DNA of 64,000 nt from contig NC_086097.1 in NCBI RefSeq assembly GCF_963921235.1, forward strand, positions 163,806,001-163,870,000, in the 5' to 3' direction. Position 1 is the stretch's first letter, and each line of letters starts with the position of its first letter. The notes beneath the pieces are model-generated. The model saw nothing but the letters and a program-made list of their open reading frames with translations, was not told the origin of the DNA and ran no database searches. Made by a program: the position numbers and the translations under genes. The stretch comes from Mobula hypostoma. Its lineage: Eukaryota. This document shows, one piece after another, positions 10,798 through 23,244 of this stretch.

Positions 10798-13355
10798 TTT
10801 TCCCCTGCATACCAGTAAGTGTCCTCGATTACTCACTCACTGCAAAAGTACCTTTAACCTCTCTAACTGCCTCTCTGAATAGAACTGAACTTAGACAGCC
10901 AGGATCTGTGACACTGCCGCAGGACTTATGGAGGCCACGTCTAAAACTGACCTTGGTTTGTGATGTGGGTTAGAGTGCTGCCCAGCATTTACTCTTTTAC
11001 TCCTGCGGGGCGCTGTGACAGGAAGGCTACTGACACCTGACCCTGTATCAGCTGTCACAGCTGCTATGTTCTCAGTTCCAGAAGTTTTGCTGTCAAGGAT
11101 AAGGTCGAGATTATGTACAACCTGTTCTGACACATCTTCTCCCAATATCACACCATTCTCTGAATCCTCAGAATCTGATTCATGTCCCAGGAGAGGGCTG
11201 GCCAGAATTACAGGAGTTTGCAGTCTCCTTTGAGGAACTGGGGCGGGAACGTTCTCACAGGACCTGATGTCTACCCTGTTTACCCTTTTGATAGGCCCTC
11301 CCTCCGAATGTTCCACAATGTATGTGTTGTCTAGCACCTCTACCACCCTGTAGACAGTTGATTTCCACGCATCCTAGATCTTACTACGACCTTATGGTCT
11401 GTTCCGGAGGTAAACTAGTGCATTTACGTCAATCTGGGAGCAATGAATTTTATCCTCCTGTAAGGCACTGCGTTCTGCAGCCTTCTTTTCAGAGTATTCT
11501 TTCGCCTTGGCATGAACATCACTCAGTCGTTTCTGGTGTATGGCTAACCCGTCATAGTTCCTGTCTACAGACTGTTCTCACCCCAACAGAGCATCCATCG
11601 GCAAGTGGGGATCAACACCAAACAGTAGGTAATAAGGGGAATACCCGGTAGTTGCGTGAGGCGTCACATTATATGCATACACCAACTCAGATAAATGCTT
11701 TGGCCATATAGTTCCTTAATTGACCTATGAGTTCCATCTCTGCTCAATTGCTCTCAACTTGGCAGTTTTCAAGTGTGATAACGGATTATTATCAGTTATT
11801 ACGGTGGATTTGGAACCCAATAAGTAACCATGAAACTTCTCTACTTTGGCCCACTTCGTGCAAGCAGCTCTAATTTCATGCTTTTATAATTCCTATCATT
11901 CTTTTCAGCATTTCTCAATCGTCAGCTTGCATATGCAATAACCCTCTTTGCCCCTCCCTGTTGCTGGTATAAAACAGCTGCTAGTCCATGACTGCTTGCC
12001 TCAGTCTCCACTATGAAAGTCTGTGTGAAATTGGCAAAGCCAAGGATCGGTGAACTGATCAGTTTCCCTTTGAGCAAGTCAAAGGCAGTTTGATACTTTT
12101 CCATCCAATACTGTTTTAACAGCTGGTTTGCTTTACTAGGACTCCCTGCACCAAGACACAAATTCACTACATCTTGCAGAGGACCTGCAATCTTTGAGAA
12201 TCCCTGAATGAACCGTCAATAATAACTACAAAAGCCGAGAAATGATCTTAAGTCTTTGACTGTAGATGGTACTGGCCATTGCGGAATAGCCGAGTCCTTT
12301 TTGGGATCTGTACCTAACCCCGTGGCTGATAGCTGGTGTCCTAAGAACTTAAACTCTGACTGTAGAAGTGACATTTTTCCAATGTCACCTTCAGACCAGT
12401 CTCCTTGAGATGCTGAAACAGTGTCAAGCCTCTCCAAGTGTTCCTGGAAGGTCTGCGAATACACCAGAATTTCATCCAGAAACACCAGCATAATTTGGAA
12501 GACTAAGTCATTCATCGTTGCCTGCATGAGTCTTTGAAAAGTTGCCGGGCCATTGCAGACCCCAAGTAGCATGCGAAGATATTCATACAGACCAAATGAG
12601 GTTGAAAAAGCAATCGTATACCTATCACACTCCTCTACCTCCACTTGATGATAACCACTTGCAAGGTCTATCATTGAGAAAAACTGCACTCCCTGAAGAG
12701 CATCAAAACTTTCATCAATACATGGGAGCAAGAAAGCATCCTTTTTAGTCTTAAGATTCAGTCTCCGAAAATCTGCACAGTCTTATGCTACCGTCAGCCT
12801 TCTGTACCAACACTGCAGGTGAGGCATATGCACTATTACTCTCCTGAATCACAACCTTCTTCAACAACTTTGAGATGTGCTCTTTCACTTCACTGTACTG
12901 ATTGGTATGGCTGTGAAATGGGCTCATCATCAATTAAATGAATTTCATGCTTGACCTTGTCAGTGTACCCAAGGTCTTCATCTTCGACTGCAACGATATC
13001 CAGGTACTTAGCCAGTAAAGCTGAGCTGAGCTTGTTGTTCTTCGCTACCCCCAGTGTCAAGCTTGGCTAGAATTGACTTTAACTTGGGGTTACTACCCTC
13101 ATCCTTTACACCAACAGTCACTTGTTCAATGCCAGCTGAGTTTCGCTGAAATCTTACAGCACCTTGTCAATCACTGGCTACGCATTCTACCTTTGATAGT
13201 ATACCCTGCCGGGTCCTAGGTGAGAGCCACCCAAGCAAAATGACATCACCGTTTTCTCTTAAAGGCACAGGCAGCAATTTTAGCATTACCAAGGTGAATA
13301 TATAAGTGCACCTTAACAATTAAAAAAATGGATATTCAGCAGTCACCTGGTTACA
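10044..13355 (-). mobile_element. Ty3/Gypsy LTR retrotransposon, internally deleted and frameshifted
   Basis: Minus-strand RT (IDLASGYHQV, FGLYEY, PATFQRLM, LVFLDEIL), RNase H (FIVETEASSHGLAAVLYQ) and integrase C-terminal remnant ([18 protein letters not shown]) in RT-RH-IN order; LTR homology between 10669-10797 and 13227-13355. Confidence 0.9.
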
Positions 13356-13518
13356 TAATTCGTATGGCACATTATGGCTGAGTCTATTTATCAGCATTGC
13401 TCAGTCAGTGTTGACTGAATGGATGGGTCCGTGTACAGTATATTATGTTGTCTGCTTCTGGTTTCATGTACACACTCATGAATCTCTTTATACAACGTGG
13501 CATAACATGCTGGCTACA

Positions 13519-14540
13519 CAAACTCCTTGCAAAAGTATTGGTACATATATAAAGCGAGGGTGCCTATGACTTTTGCACAGTACTGTACTTGCCATGGTGG
13601 ATTGGAGAGCGAGTTTGTCATCTGGCCGGAGCAAAAAATGTCGGGAATAGCGAGGGTGGAGAGCCACTGGAGGAGTATGGGACAGATGGCAGGGAAGGAG
13701 CGCCAGGGCAGAGGATGGCATAGCTGCAAACACACCCAGCCCTGAGACACCAGGCAAGGTCATTTCGTTCTAAATAATTGGTTTACTCATCATGACAGAA
13801 TGTCTCTCTGGTTTTCTCTCCATCCCCTCTCTGTGCCCACATCCTGTATCAGTGCACAATGGAGTTCCATCTCAGAATCAGGTTTACTATCACTCACATA
13901 TAGACAATAGACAAGAAAATTTTATTTCTTACATTCGCCTCATAACATGAGGGAGGAAAAATCTTTATATTGCATCTCCATTGCTATCTACAGGCAATAT
14001 GACAGGAACATGTGGGAGGATATTGCCCAAACACTAAGATTGTACACATAGTTTTTTGTATATGTGTATGTACAGTTAGATACAAGCCCAAAATGCAATC
14101 AGATCAATGTGTATTGATAAATCTGATGGCCTGGTGAAAGAAACTGTCCTGGAGCCTGCTGGTCCTGGCCTTAATGCTGTGGTACCGTTTGCCAGACGGA
14201 AGCAACTGAAACTGTTTGTGGTTGGTGTGGCTGGAGTCCCTGATGATCCCCCAAGCCCTTTTTATGCACCTGCTGCTGTAAATATCCTGAACAGAGGAAA
14301 TTTCACATCCACAGATGCGCTGGGCTGTCCGCACCACTCTCTGCAGTGCCCTGCCGTTGACAGTAGTACAGTTCCTGTACCAGGTGGTGACACAACCAGT
14401 CAAAATGCTTTCGATGGTGCCTCTGTAGAAAGTTCTGAGGACTTGGGGACTCATGCCAAACTTCTTCAGCATATGTCATGAAATTAGTTTTTTTTGAGGC
14501 AGCAGTACAGCGCAATACATAAAAGTACTACAGTACTGTA
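13519..14540. mobile_element. Composite Tc1-MITE-capped element (copy 1), interrupted by Rex1
   Basis: 13519-13900 and 14471-14540 are the reverse complement of 59870-60325; hairpin MITE at 13519-13585. Confidence 0.75.
13905..14470 (-). mobile_element. Rex1/Babar LINE 3' fragment (relatively young)
   Basis: Open ORF 14104-14472 (LRTFYRGTIESILTGC...LLPSGKRY...SFFHQAIRFIN); catat at both junctions may be a TSD. Confidence 0.85.
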
Positions 14541-14929
14541 TTGCCAAACATTGCCAGGCCATATACCCCATGTTGAGAATCAAGACTCATTTAATTTTTA
14601 TGGTGAATCTCCAGTAAATAGTATGTAATCAATTTTTATTCTTTAACTATCAGTTGCTTTTATTCAGTAATAACCTAAAATAGAAGATTCTTCACTCTCC
14701 ATTTTTAAAATAAACATTATTCATGATAAAAAAAAATGATGCATGTGCAGAGGAAGAAACAGTGCAAAACTTTTGCCCCAACAAACAAAACATGCTGGAG
14801 GAACTGAGCAGATCAGACATCATCTATGGAGAGGAATAGCCAGTCTTTGTTTTGGTCTGAGACTCTTCGTTGTCCCGGTCTGCAGCATTCCCTTCAAAGT
14901 TAATGCAACCACGATACTTCTGAGATGTG

Positions 14930-15995
14930 TATTGAATTAGAATTTATTTAAATCTTACATCCATCCCACAACATGAGGGAGTAAAAATCTTTGCATTATG
15001 ACCCCATCACAATGTACAAGGGTGTGAATTTATAAGTCTAATGGCTTGTAGAAAGAAGCTGTCCCATAGCCTGTCAGTCCTGGCTTTAATGCTGAGGTAC
15101 CGTTTGCCACTCAAAAGCAGCTGAAACAGTTTACAGTTGGAAAACTGGTGTCCCCGATGATTTTCTAGGCCTTCTTTACACACCTGTTACTGTAAATGTC
15201 CTCAATGGAGGGAGGTTCGAATCCACAGATGCACTGGGCTGTCTGTACTACTCTCTGCAAGAGTGCCCAGAGATCAAGGTTGGTGCAGTTCCCATACCAG
15301 TCAGGATGCTCTCAATGGTGCCCCTGTAGAAGGTCTTGAGGATTTGGGGGCTCAAACCGAACTTCTTCAGTTGCCTGAGGTGGAAGAGATGCTGTTGTTC
15401 TTTTTTTTTTGCCACATGTGTGCAGTGCAGGTGAGATCTTTGGTGATGTGTACACCAAGGAACCTGAAACTACTCACCCCCTCAACTGCAGTCCCAATGA
15501 TGATGATTGGAGCAAGTCTGTCTCCTTTCCTCATGTAATCCACGGTCAGCTGTTTTGTTTTTTGGACATTGAGAGAGAGGTTGCTATCTTGGCACCACTG
15601 TGACAGGGTGTTAACCTCTCCTCTGTAGGCTGTCTCATCGCCACTAGAAAGGCCGTTCTATGTCATATCATGTGCGAATTTGATCAGCAGATTGGAGCTG
15701 TGTGTGGCAGCACAGTCGTGGGTGTAAAGGGAGTAGAGGAAGGGACTCAGGACACAACCCTGGGGGGCACCTGTGTTGAGGGTCAGAGGGGCAGAGGTGA
15801 GGGAGCCCATCCTTACCACCTGTCAGTGTTCTGATAGGAAGTCCAGGATTCAACTGCACGGGGTGGGGTGCAGGCCGAAGTCATTGAGCTTCCTGTCAAG
15901 GGAGGAGGCAATTATGGTGTTGAGTGCTGAACTGTAGTCCAGGAACAGTGTTCTAATGCATGCATCCCTCTTCTCCAGGTGAGTCAGGGCAGTGA
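14930..15995 (-). mobile_element. Rex1/Babar LINE fragment
   Basis: RT motifs on minus (TGAPQGCVLSPFLYSLYTHDC) and a 3' UTR similar to 13905-14100. Confidence 0.8.
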
Positions 15996-18964
15996 CTCAC
16001 TCTTCCTGTTCATTCTGATGCACTCTTCAGTATTGTGATTCCCCAAGCATGCAGTCTTGGCAGGAATTGTTGTCATCGCAATAGCCCTTCAACATCTGAA
16101 CTGCCGGTGTAAGTCTAATGCAAGGGTGACTGTCCTTTCTTGAAACTGAAAATGGAAGGTGAGTGTGTAAACTGTAGGGAGCTGTGTGTGAGCAAATGGT
16201 GCTGTAGGGAGACCATGTTTGCCTGGGTACAGGTACAAATCACTGTTCATATGAATGGCTGATAATTTGGTTGAGTTTGCCCAATTATCTTGTCATGTTG
16301 CAGAGAGAAGAGAAGGTAAGTTATAGATCCTGTTCAATGTCAAGGTGGCGAGAGAACTGTCATAGTGGCTACATCGTGTTGGCAGATTCAAAGGTGGAGA
16401 GAAAATTGGAACTGTATTTTTAAAAAAAAACATATAAAAGGTGATGTAACTCACTGCATTCACTAAGAACTTATTGCAGAGGAACTTGCAGTTTCAGCTC
16501 TAAAGACAAACAAACTAGTATCAATTAGTTGTGCTGCATTTCCCAAATTACATACTTCTATCATGTCACCTCTCAGCCTCCTTCACTCCAAAGAAAACAG
16601 AACTAACCAGTTTAATCTTTCCTATTAACTCAAGTCCCTCAATCCCATGTGAACCTTTTCTTCATGCTCCCTGGTTTAATTATGGACAAATCATTCAAGT
16701 ATAGTAGGAGTAGGCTGCATCGCTCTTCAAGCTTGCTCCAACTAATGAGAACATGACCATCTGGCTGTAACCTCAGCTCCACATTCCTGCCTACGCCTGG
16801 TAATCTTTCACCTGCTTGCTTATGAGAAACCAACCTAAACACAAGAGATTTTGCAGATGCTAAATCTAGCTCTGTTTTAAAATATTCAGCAACTGCTTCT
16901 GCCACCCTTTATTGAAAATATGTATAAAGGCTCCCAAATCTCTGAGAGGAAAAGTTTTACCTTCTCAGTTTTAACTAGGTGACACAAATCTTGTGGTTAC
17001 AGCCATTTTATAAGATGCTCATAACAAAGAAATAGCAGTAAAGGCAAGTAACCAACCTAACTGTAACCAGTTCACTCCAACAAAGAATCTCAGAAACTGA
17101 ATCAGGTTTCATATCACTGGCAAATGTTGTGCAGTTTATTACCTTAGCGCAGCAATACATGACAATATATAAAAAATAATTAAATCAGTTACAGTAAGTA
17201 TATGTATATTAAATAGTTACATTAAAATAGTGCAAAAACAGAAATAATAAAAGTGAGGTGGAGTCCATGGGTTCAATGTCCATTTAGGAATCAGATGGCC
17301 GAGGCAAAGAAGCTATTCCTGAATCGCTGAGTGTGTGCCTTCAGGCTTCTGTACCTCCTACCTGATGGTTACAATGAGAAGAGGGCATCTCCTGGGTGAT
17401 GGGGGTCCTTAATAATGGATGCCGCCTTTCTGAGACACCGCTCCTTGACGATGTCTTGCAGACTTCGGAGACTAGTACCCAGGATAGAACTGACTAGTTC
17501 TGTAGCTTCTTTTGATCCTGTGCAGTAGCACTGCTTCCCCCACTCCAAATAACAGACAGTGATGAAGCCAGTCAGAATGCTCTTCATCACACATCTGTAG
17601 ATTTTTTCGAGTGGTTTAGGTGACAAACCAAATCTCCTCAAACTCCTGATGAAATATAGCCACTGTCTTGACTTCTTTATAGCTGCATTGATATGCTGGG
17701 ACCAGGTCCCCTCGTCCTATCCTTTCTGAAGTCCACAATCAGTTCTTCTGTCTTACTGACGTTAAGTGCAAGGTTGTTGCTGCGATATCACTCAACCAGC
17801 TGGTATATCTCACTCCTGTATGCCCTCTCATCTTCAGCTGAGGTTCTACCAGCAATGGTTGTATCATCAACAAAGTTATCAAAGGTATTTAATCTATACC
17901 TAGCCACACGGTCATGGGTGTAGAGAGAGTGGAGTTGTGGGCTAAGCACACATCCCGAAGGTGTACCAGTGTTGATTGTCAGTGAGGAGGAGATATTATT
18001 ACCAATCTGCACAGATTGTGGACTTCCAGTTAGACCTCTAATTACAGAGGGTGGTACAGAGGCTCAGGATCTGTAGCATATTAATCAGGACTGTAGGACT
18101 GGTGCTGTTATACACTGAGCTACAGTCGATGAACAGCATCCTGACATAGGTATTTGTATTATCCAGGTGACCTAAGGTTGTGTGAAGAGCCATTGAGATT
18201 GTGTCTGCATAGACCTATTGTGGCGATAGGCAAATTGCAATGGATCCAGGTCCTTGCTGAGGCAGGAGTTGATTCTAGCCATGACCAACCTCTCAAAGCA
18301 TTTCATCACTGTAGACGTGAGTGCTACTGGATGATAGTCATGAAGGCAGCTCTTGGGCACTGCTGAGAGGTTGGAAGTGTCTTTGAATATAGCGGCCAGT
18401 TGGTTTTCCAAGCATTACCAGGTACACCATCTGGACTCCATCTATAGTCAGGGGAGCAGACAGGAGATTTTGTGGACGTGAGAAGGACACCCTCATGGTT
18501 TGTTGCCTCCCAGGTGCCAGGGTCCGGGATGTCTCTGACCGGGTGCACGACATCCTGGTACGAGAGGGAAAGCAACCAGAAGTCGTGATACATGTTGGGA
18601 CCAACGATACAGGCAGGAAGATGGATGAGGTCCTGAAGTGTGAGTTTCGGGAACTAAGCAGAAGGCTGAAGAACAGGACCTCAAGGGTGACATTCTCAGG
18701 ATTGCTGCCAGTGCTATGTGACAGAGATGGTAAGAATTGGAGGAGATGGCAGTTGAATGCGTAGCTGAGGAGTTGGTGCAGGGAGCAGGGTTTTAGATTT
18801 TTAGATCATTGGGATCTCTTCTGGGGAAGGTGGGACCTGTACAGATTGGATGGGTTGCACCTGAACTTGAGGGGGAGCAATATCCTTGCAGGTAGGTTTG
18901 CTAGCATGGTTCGGGAGGGTTTAAACTAATTTGCGAGGGGGATGGGACCCAGAGCGATAGAGCA

Positions 18965-21900
18965 GTGAAAGAAGTGCATGGAGTAAAGCCAGATCTAACA
19001 TACAGACAGGCTTTGAGGAAAGAGAAGCAGAATAAGCGGTGTAAAGACAGTAAGGTAGAAGGGCTGAAATGTGTGTACCTCAGTGCAAGAAGCATCAGGA
19101 ACAAAGGTGATGAACTGAGAGCTTGGATACATACATGGAATTATGATGTAGTGGCCATTACAGAGACTTGGCTGGCACCAGGGCAGGAATGGATTCTCAA
19201 TATTCCTGGATTTCAGTGCTTTAAAAGGGATAGAGAGGGCGGAAAAAGGGGAGGAGGGGTGGCATTACTGGTCAGGGATACTATTACAGCTACAGAAAGG
19301 GTGGGTAATGTAGCAGGATCCTCTTTTGAGTCAATATGGGTGGAAGTCAGGAACAGGAAGGAAGCAGTTACTCTACTGGGGGTATTCTATAGGCCCCCTG
19401 GTAGCAGCAGAGATACTGAGGAGCAGATTGGGAGGCAGATTTTGGAAAGGTGCAAAAATAACAGGGTTGTTATCATGGGTGACTTTAACTTCCCCAATAT
19501 TGATTGGCACCTGATTAGTTCCAAGGGTTTAAATGGGGCAGAATTTGTTAAGTGTGTCCAGGATGGATTCCTGTCACAGTATGTGGACAGGCCGACCAGG
19601 GGGAATGCCATACTAGATCTAGTACTAGGTAATGAACCGGGTCAGGTCACAGATCTCTCAGTGGGTGAGCATCTGGGGGACAGTGACCACTGCTCCCTGG
19701 CCTTTATAATTATTATGGAAAAGGATAGAATCAAAGAGGACAGGAAAATTTTTAATTGGGGAAAGGCAAATTATGAGGCTATAAGGCTAGAACTTGCGGG
19801 TGTGAATTGGGATGATGTTTTTGCAGGGAAATGTACTATGGACATGTGGTCGATGTTTAGAGATCTCTTGCGGGATGTAAGGGATAAATTTGTCTTGGTG
19901 AGGAAGATAAAGAATGGTAGGGTGAAGGAACCATGGGTGACAAGTGAGGTGGAAAATCTAGTCAGGTGGAAGAAGGCAGCATACATGAGGTTTAGGAAGC
20001 AAGGATCAGATGGGTCTATTGAGGAATATAGGGAAGCAAGAAAGGAGCTTAAGAAGGGGCTGAGAAGAGCAAGAAGGGGGCATGAGAAGGCCTTGGCGAG
20101 TAGGGTAAAGGAAAACCCCAAGGCATTCTTCAGTTATGTGAAGAAAAAAAGGATGACAGGAGTGAAGGTAGGACCGATTAGAGATAAAGGTGGGAAGATG
20201 TGCCTGGAAGCTGTGGAAGTGAGCGAGGTCCTCAATGAATACTTCTCTTCGGTATTCACCAGTGAGAGAGAACTTGATGATGGTGAGGACAATATGAGTG
20301 AGGTTGATGTTCTGGAGCATGCTGATATTAAGGGAGAGGAGGTGTTGGAGTTGTTAAAATACATTAGGACAGATAAGTCCCCGGGGCCTGACGGAATATT
20401 TCCCAGGCTGCTCCATGAGGCGAGAGAAGAGATTGCTGAGCCTCTGGCTAGGATCTTTATGTCTTCGTTGTCCACGGGAATGGTACCGGAGGATTGGAGG
20501 GAGGCGAATGTTGTTCTCTTGTTCAAAAAAGGTAGTAGGGATAGTCCAGGTAATTATAGACCAGTGAGCCTTACGTCTGTGGTGGGAAAGCTGTTGGAAA
20601 AGATTCTTAGAGATAGGATCTATAGGCATTTAGAGAATCATGATCTGATCAGGGACAGTCAGCATGGCTTTGTGAAGGGCAGATCGTGTCTAACAAGCCT
20701 GATAGAGTTCTTTGAGGAGGTGACCAGGCATATAGATGAGGATAGTGCAGTGAATGTGATCTATATGGATTTTAGTAAGGCATTTGACAAGGTTCCACAC
20801 GGTAGGCATATTCAGAAAGTTAGAAGGCATGGGATCCAGGGAAGTTTGGCCAGGTGGATTCAGAATTGGCTTGCCTGCAGAAGGCAGAGGGTGGTGGTGG
20901 AGGGAGTACATTCAGATTGGAGGATTGTGACTAGTGGTGTCCCACAAGGATCTGGTCTGGGACCTCTACTTTTCGTGATTTTTATTAACGACCTGGATGT
21001 GGGGGTAGAAGGGTGGGTTGGCAAGTTTGCAGACGACACAAAGGTTGGTGGTGTTGTAGATAGTGTAGAGGATTGTCGAAGATTGCAGAGAGACATTGAT
21101 AGGATGCAGAAGTGGGCTGAGAAGTGGTAGATGGAATTCAACCTGGAGAAGTGTGAGGTGGTACACTTTGGAAGGACAAAACTCCAGGGCAGAGTACAAA
21201 GTAAATGGAGGATACTTGGTAGTGTGGAGGAGCAGAGGGATCTTGGGGTACATGTCCACAGATCCCTGAAAGTTGCCTCACAGGTGGATAGGGTAGTTAA
21301 GAAAGCTTATGGGGTGTTAGCTTTCATAAGTCGAGGGATAGAGTTTAAGAGTCGCGATGTAATGATGCAGCTCTATAAAACTCTGGTTAGGCCACACTTG
21401 GAGTATTGTGTCCAGTTCTGGTCACCTCACTATAAGAAACATAGAAACATAGAAACATAGAAAATAGGTGCAGGAGTAGGCCATTCGGCCCTTCGAGCCT
21501 GCACCGCCATTTATTATGATCATGGCTGATCATCCAACTCAGAACCCCGCCCCAGCCTTCCCTCCATACCCCCTGACCCCTGTAGCCACAAGGGCCATAT
21601 CTAACTCCCTCTTAAACATAGCCAATGAACTGGCCTCAACAGTTTGCTGTGGCAGAGAATTCCACAGATTCACCACTCTCTGTGTGAAGAAGTTTTTCCT
21701 AATCTCGGTCCTAAAAGGCTTCCCCTCTATCCTCAAACTGTGACCCCTCGTTCTGGACCTCCCCAACATCGGGAACAATCTTCCCGCATCTAGCCTGTCC
21801 AATCCCTTTAGGATCTTATACGTTTCAATCAGATCCCCCCTCAATCTTCTAAATTCCAATGAGTACAAGCCCAGTTCATCCAGTCTTTCTTCATATGAAA

Positions 21901-22888
21901 GACCTGCCATCCCAGGAATCAATCTGGTGAACCTTCTTTGTACTCCCTCTATGGCAAAGATGTCTTTCCTCAGATTAGGCGACCAAAACTGCACACAATA
22001 CTCCAGGTGTGGTCTCACCAAGGCCTTGTACAACTGCAGTAGTACCTCCCTGCTCCTGTACTCGAATCCTCTCGCTATAAATGCCAGCATACCGTTCGCC
22101 TTTTTCACCGGCTGCTGTACCTGCATGCCCACTTTCAATGACTGGTGTATAATGACACCCAGGTCTCGTTGCACCTCCCCTTTTCCTAATCGGCCACCAT
22201 TCAGATAATAATCTGTTTTCCTATTTTTGCCACCAAAGTGGATAACTTCACATTTATCCACATTAAATTGCATCTGCCATGAGTTTGCCCACTCACCCAA
22301 CCTATCCAAGTCACCCTGCATCCTCTTAGCATCCTCCTCACTGCTAACACTGCCACCCAGCTTCGTGTCATCCGCAAACTTGGAGATGCTGCATTTAATT
22401 CCCTCATCCAAGTCATTAATATATATTGTAAACAACTGGGGTCCCAGCACTGAGCCTTGCGGTACCCCACTAGTCACCGCAGGATGTGGAATCATTGGAA
22501 AGGGTACAGAGGAGATGTACCAGGATGCTGCCTGGTTTAGAAAGTATGCATTATGATCAGAGATTAAGGGAGCTAGGGCTTTACTCTTTGGAGAGAAGGA
22601 GGATGAGAGGAGACATGATAGAGGTGTACAAGATAATAAGAGGAATAGATAGAGTAGATAGCCAGCGCCTCTTCCCCAGGGCACCACTGCTCAATGCAAG
22701 TTAAGGTAAGGGGTGGGAAGTTCAAGGGGGATATTAGAGGAAGGTTTTTTACTCAGAGAGTGGTTGGTGCGTGGAATGCACTGCCTGAGTCAGTGGTGGA
22801 GGCAGATACACTAGTGAAGTTTAAGAGACGACTAGACAGGTATATGGAGGAATCTAAGGTGGGGGCTTATATGGGAGGCAGGGTTTGA
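18965..22888 (+). pseudogene. CR1 ORF2 endonuclease/reverse transcriptase, disrupted
   Basis: 721-aa open stretch, TAG at 21128-21130 where KWQMEF is expected, later indels, and an antisense CR1 insertion at 21438-22480. Confidence 0.9.
21438..22480 (-). mobile_element. Second CR1 (different subfamily), 5'-truncated, inserted antisense in the first
   Basis: Uninterrupted ORF2 C-terminus ([13 protein letters not shown]...FADDTK...RTRGH...GVRGYG) and a (TTTCTATG)n tail; host CR1 resumes HY(K)|KDVESLERVQ. Confidence 0.95.
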
Positions 22889-23244
22889 GGGTCGGCACAA
22901 CATTGTGGGCCGAAGGGCCTGTACTGTGCTGTACTATTCTATGACTCGCCCCCTTGCAAGGGTTCACTCTCCTGAAAGACAGCCTGATATACTGGTCTCT
23001 GAAACAGAGATCACAGGATCACGGGGTGCAGCAGGGATCTTCACAGCTGCAGTTATATTCTCCCTTTCAAAGCAGGTATAGAAGGCATTGAGCTCATCTG
23101 GTAGTGAAACATAACTGCCATTCATGCTATTGGGTTTCGCTTTGTAGGAAGTAATGTCCTGCAAACCCTGCCAGAGTTGACCTACGACCAATGTCGCCTC
23201 TAACCCTCTTGAAATAGCCCTCCATAAGCCATATCTGGTTTTCT

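Larger units (their letters stand above)
18439..22942 (+). mobile_element. CR1 LINE, 5'-truncated within ORF1, near-intact ORF2
   Basis: ORF1 SGNH-esterase remnant (VCCLPGARVRDV, VIHVGTND, DGLHLN). ORF2 18965-21130 has APE endonuclease (AITETWL, GDFN, SDH) and RT (SGVPQGS, FADD). Flanked by GACTC at 18434-18438 and 22943-22947. Confidence 0.95.

Noticed and set aside
21438..21465. Short tandem repeats as CRISPR-like or telomeric arrays
   Set aside because: This is the (CATAGAAA)n CR1 3' tail; there are no spacers and the context is eukaryotic.
21539..22687. 382-aa ORF with a signal-peptide-like N-terminus
   Set aside because: The first ~70 aa are the antisense of the host CR1 and the rest is the nested CR1 RT.
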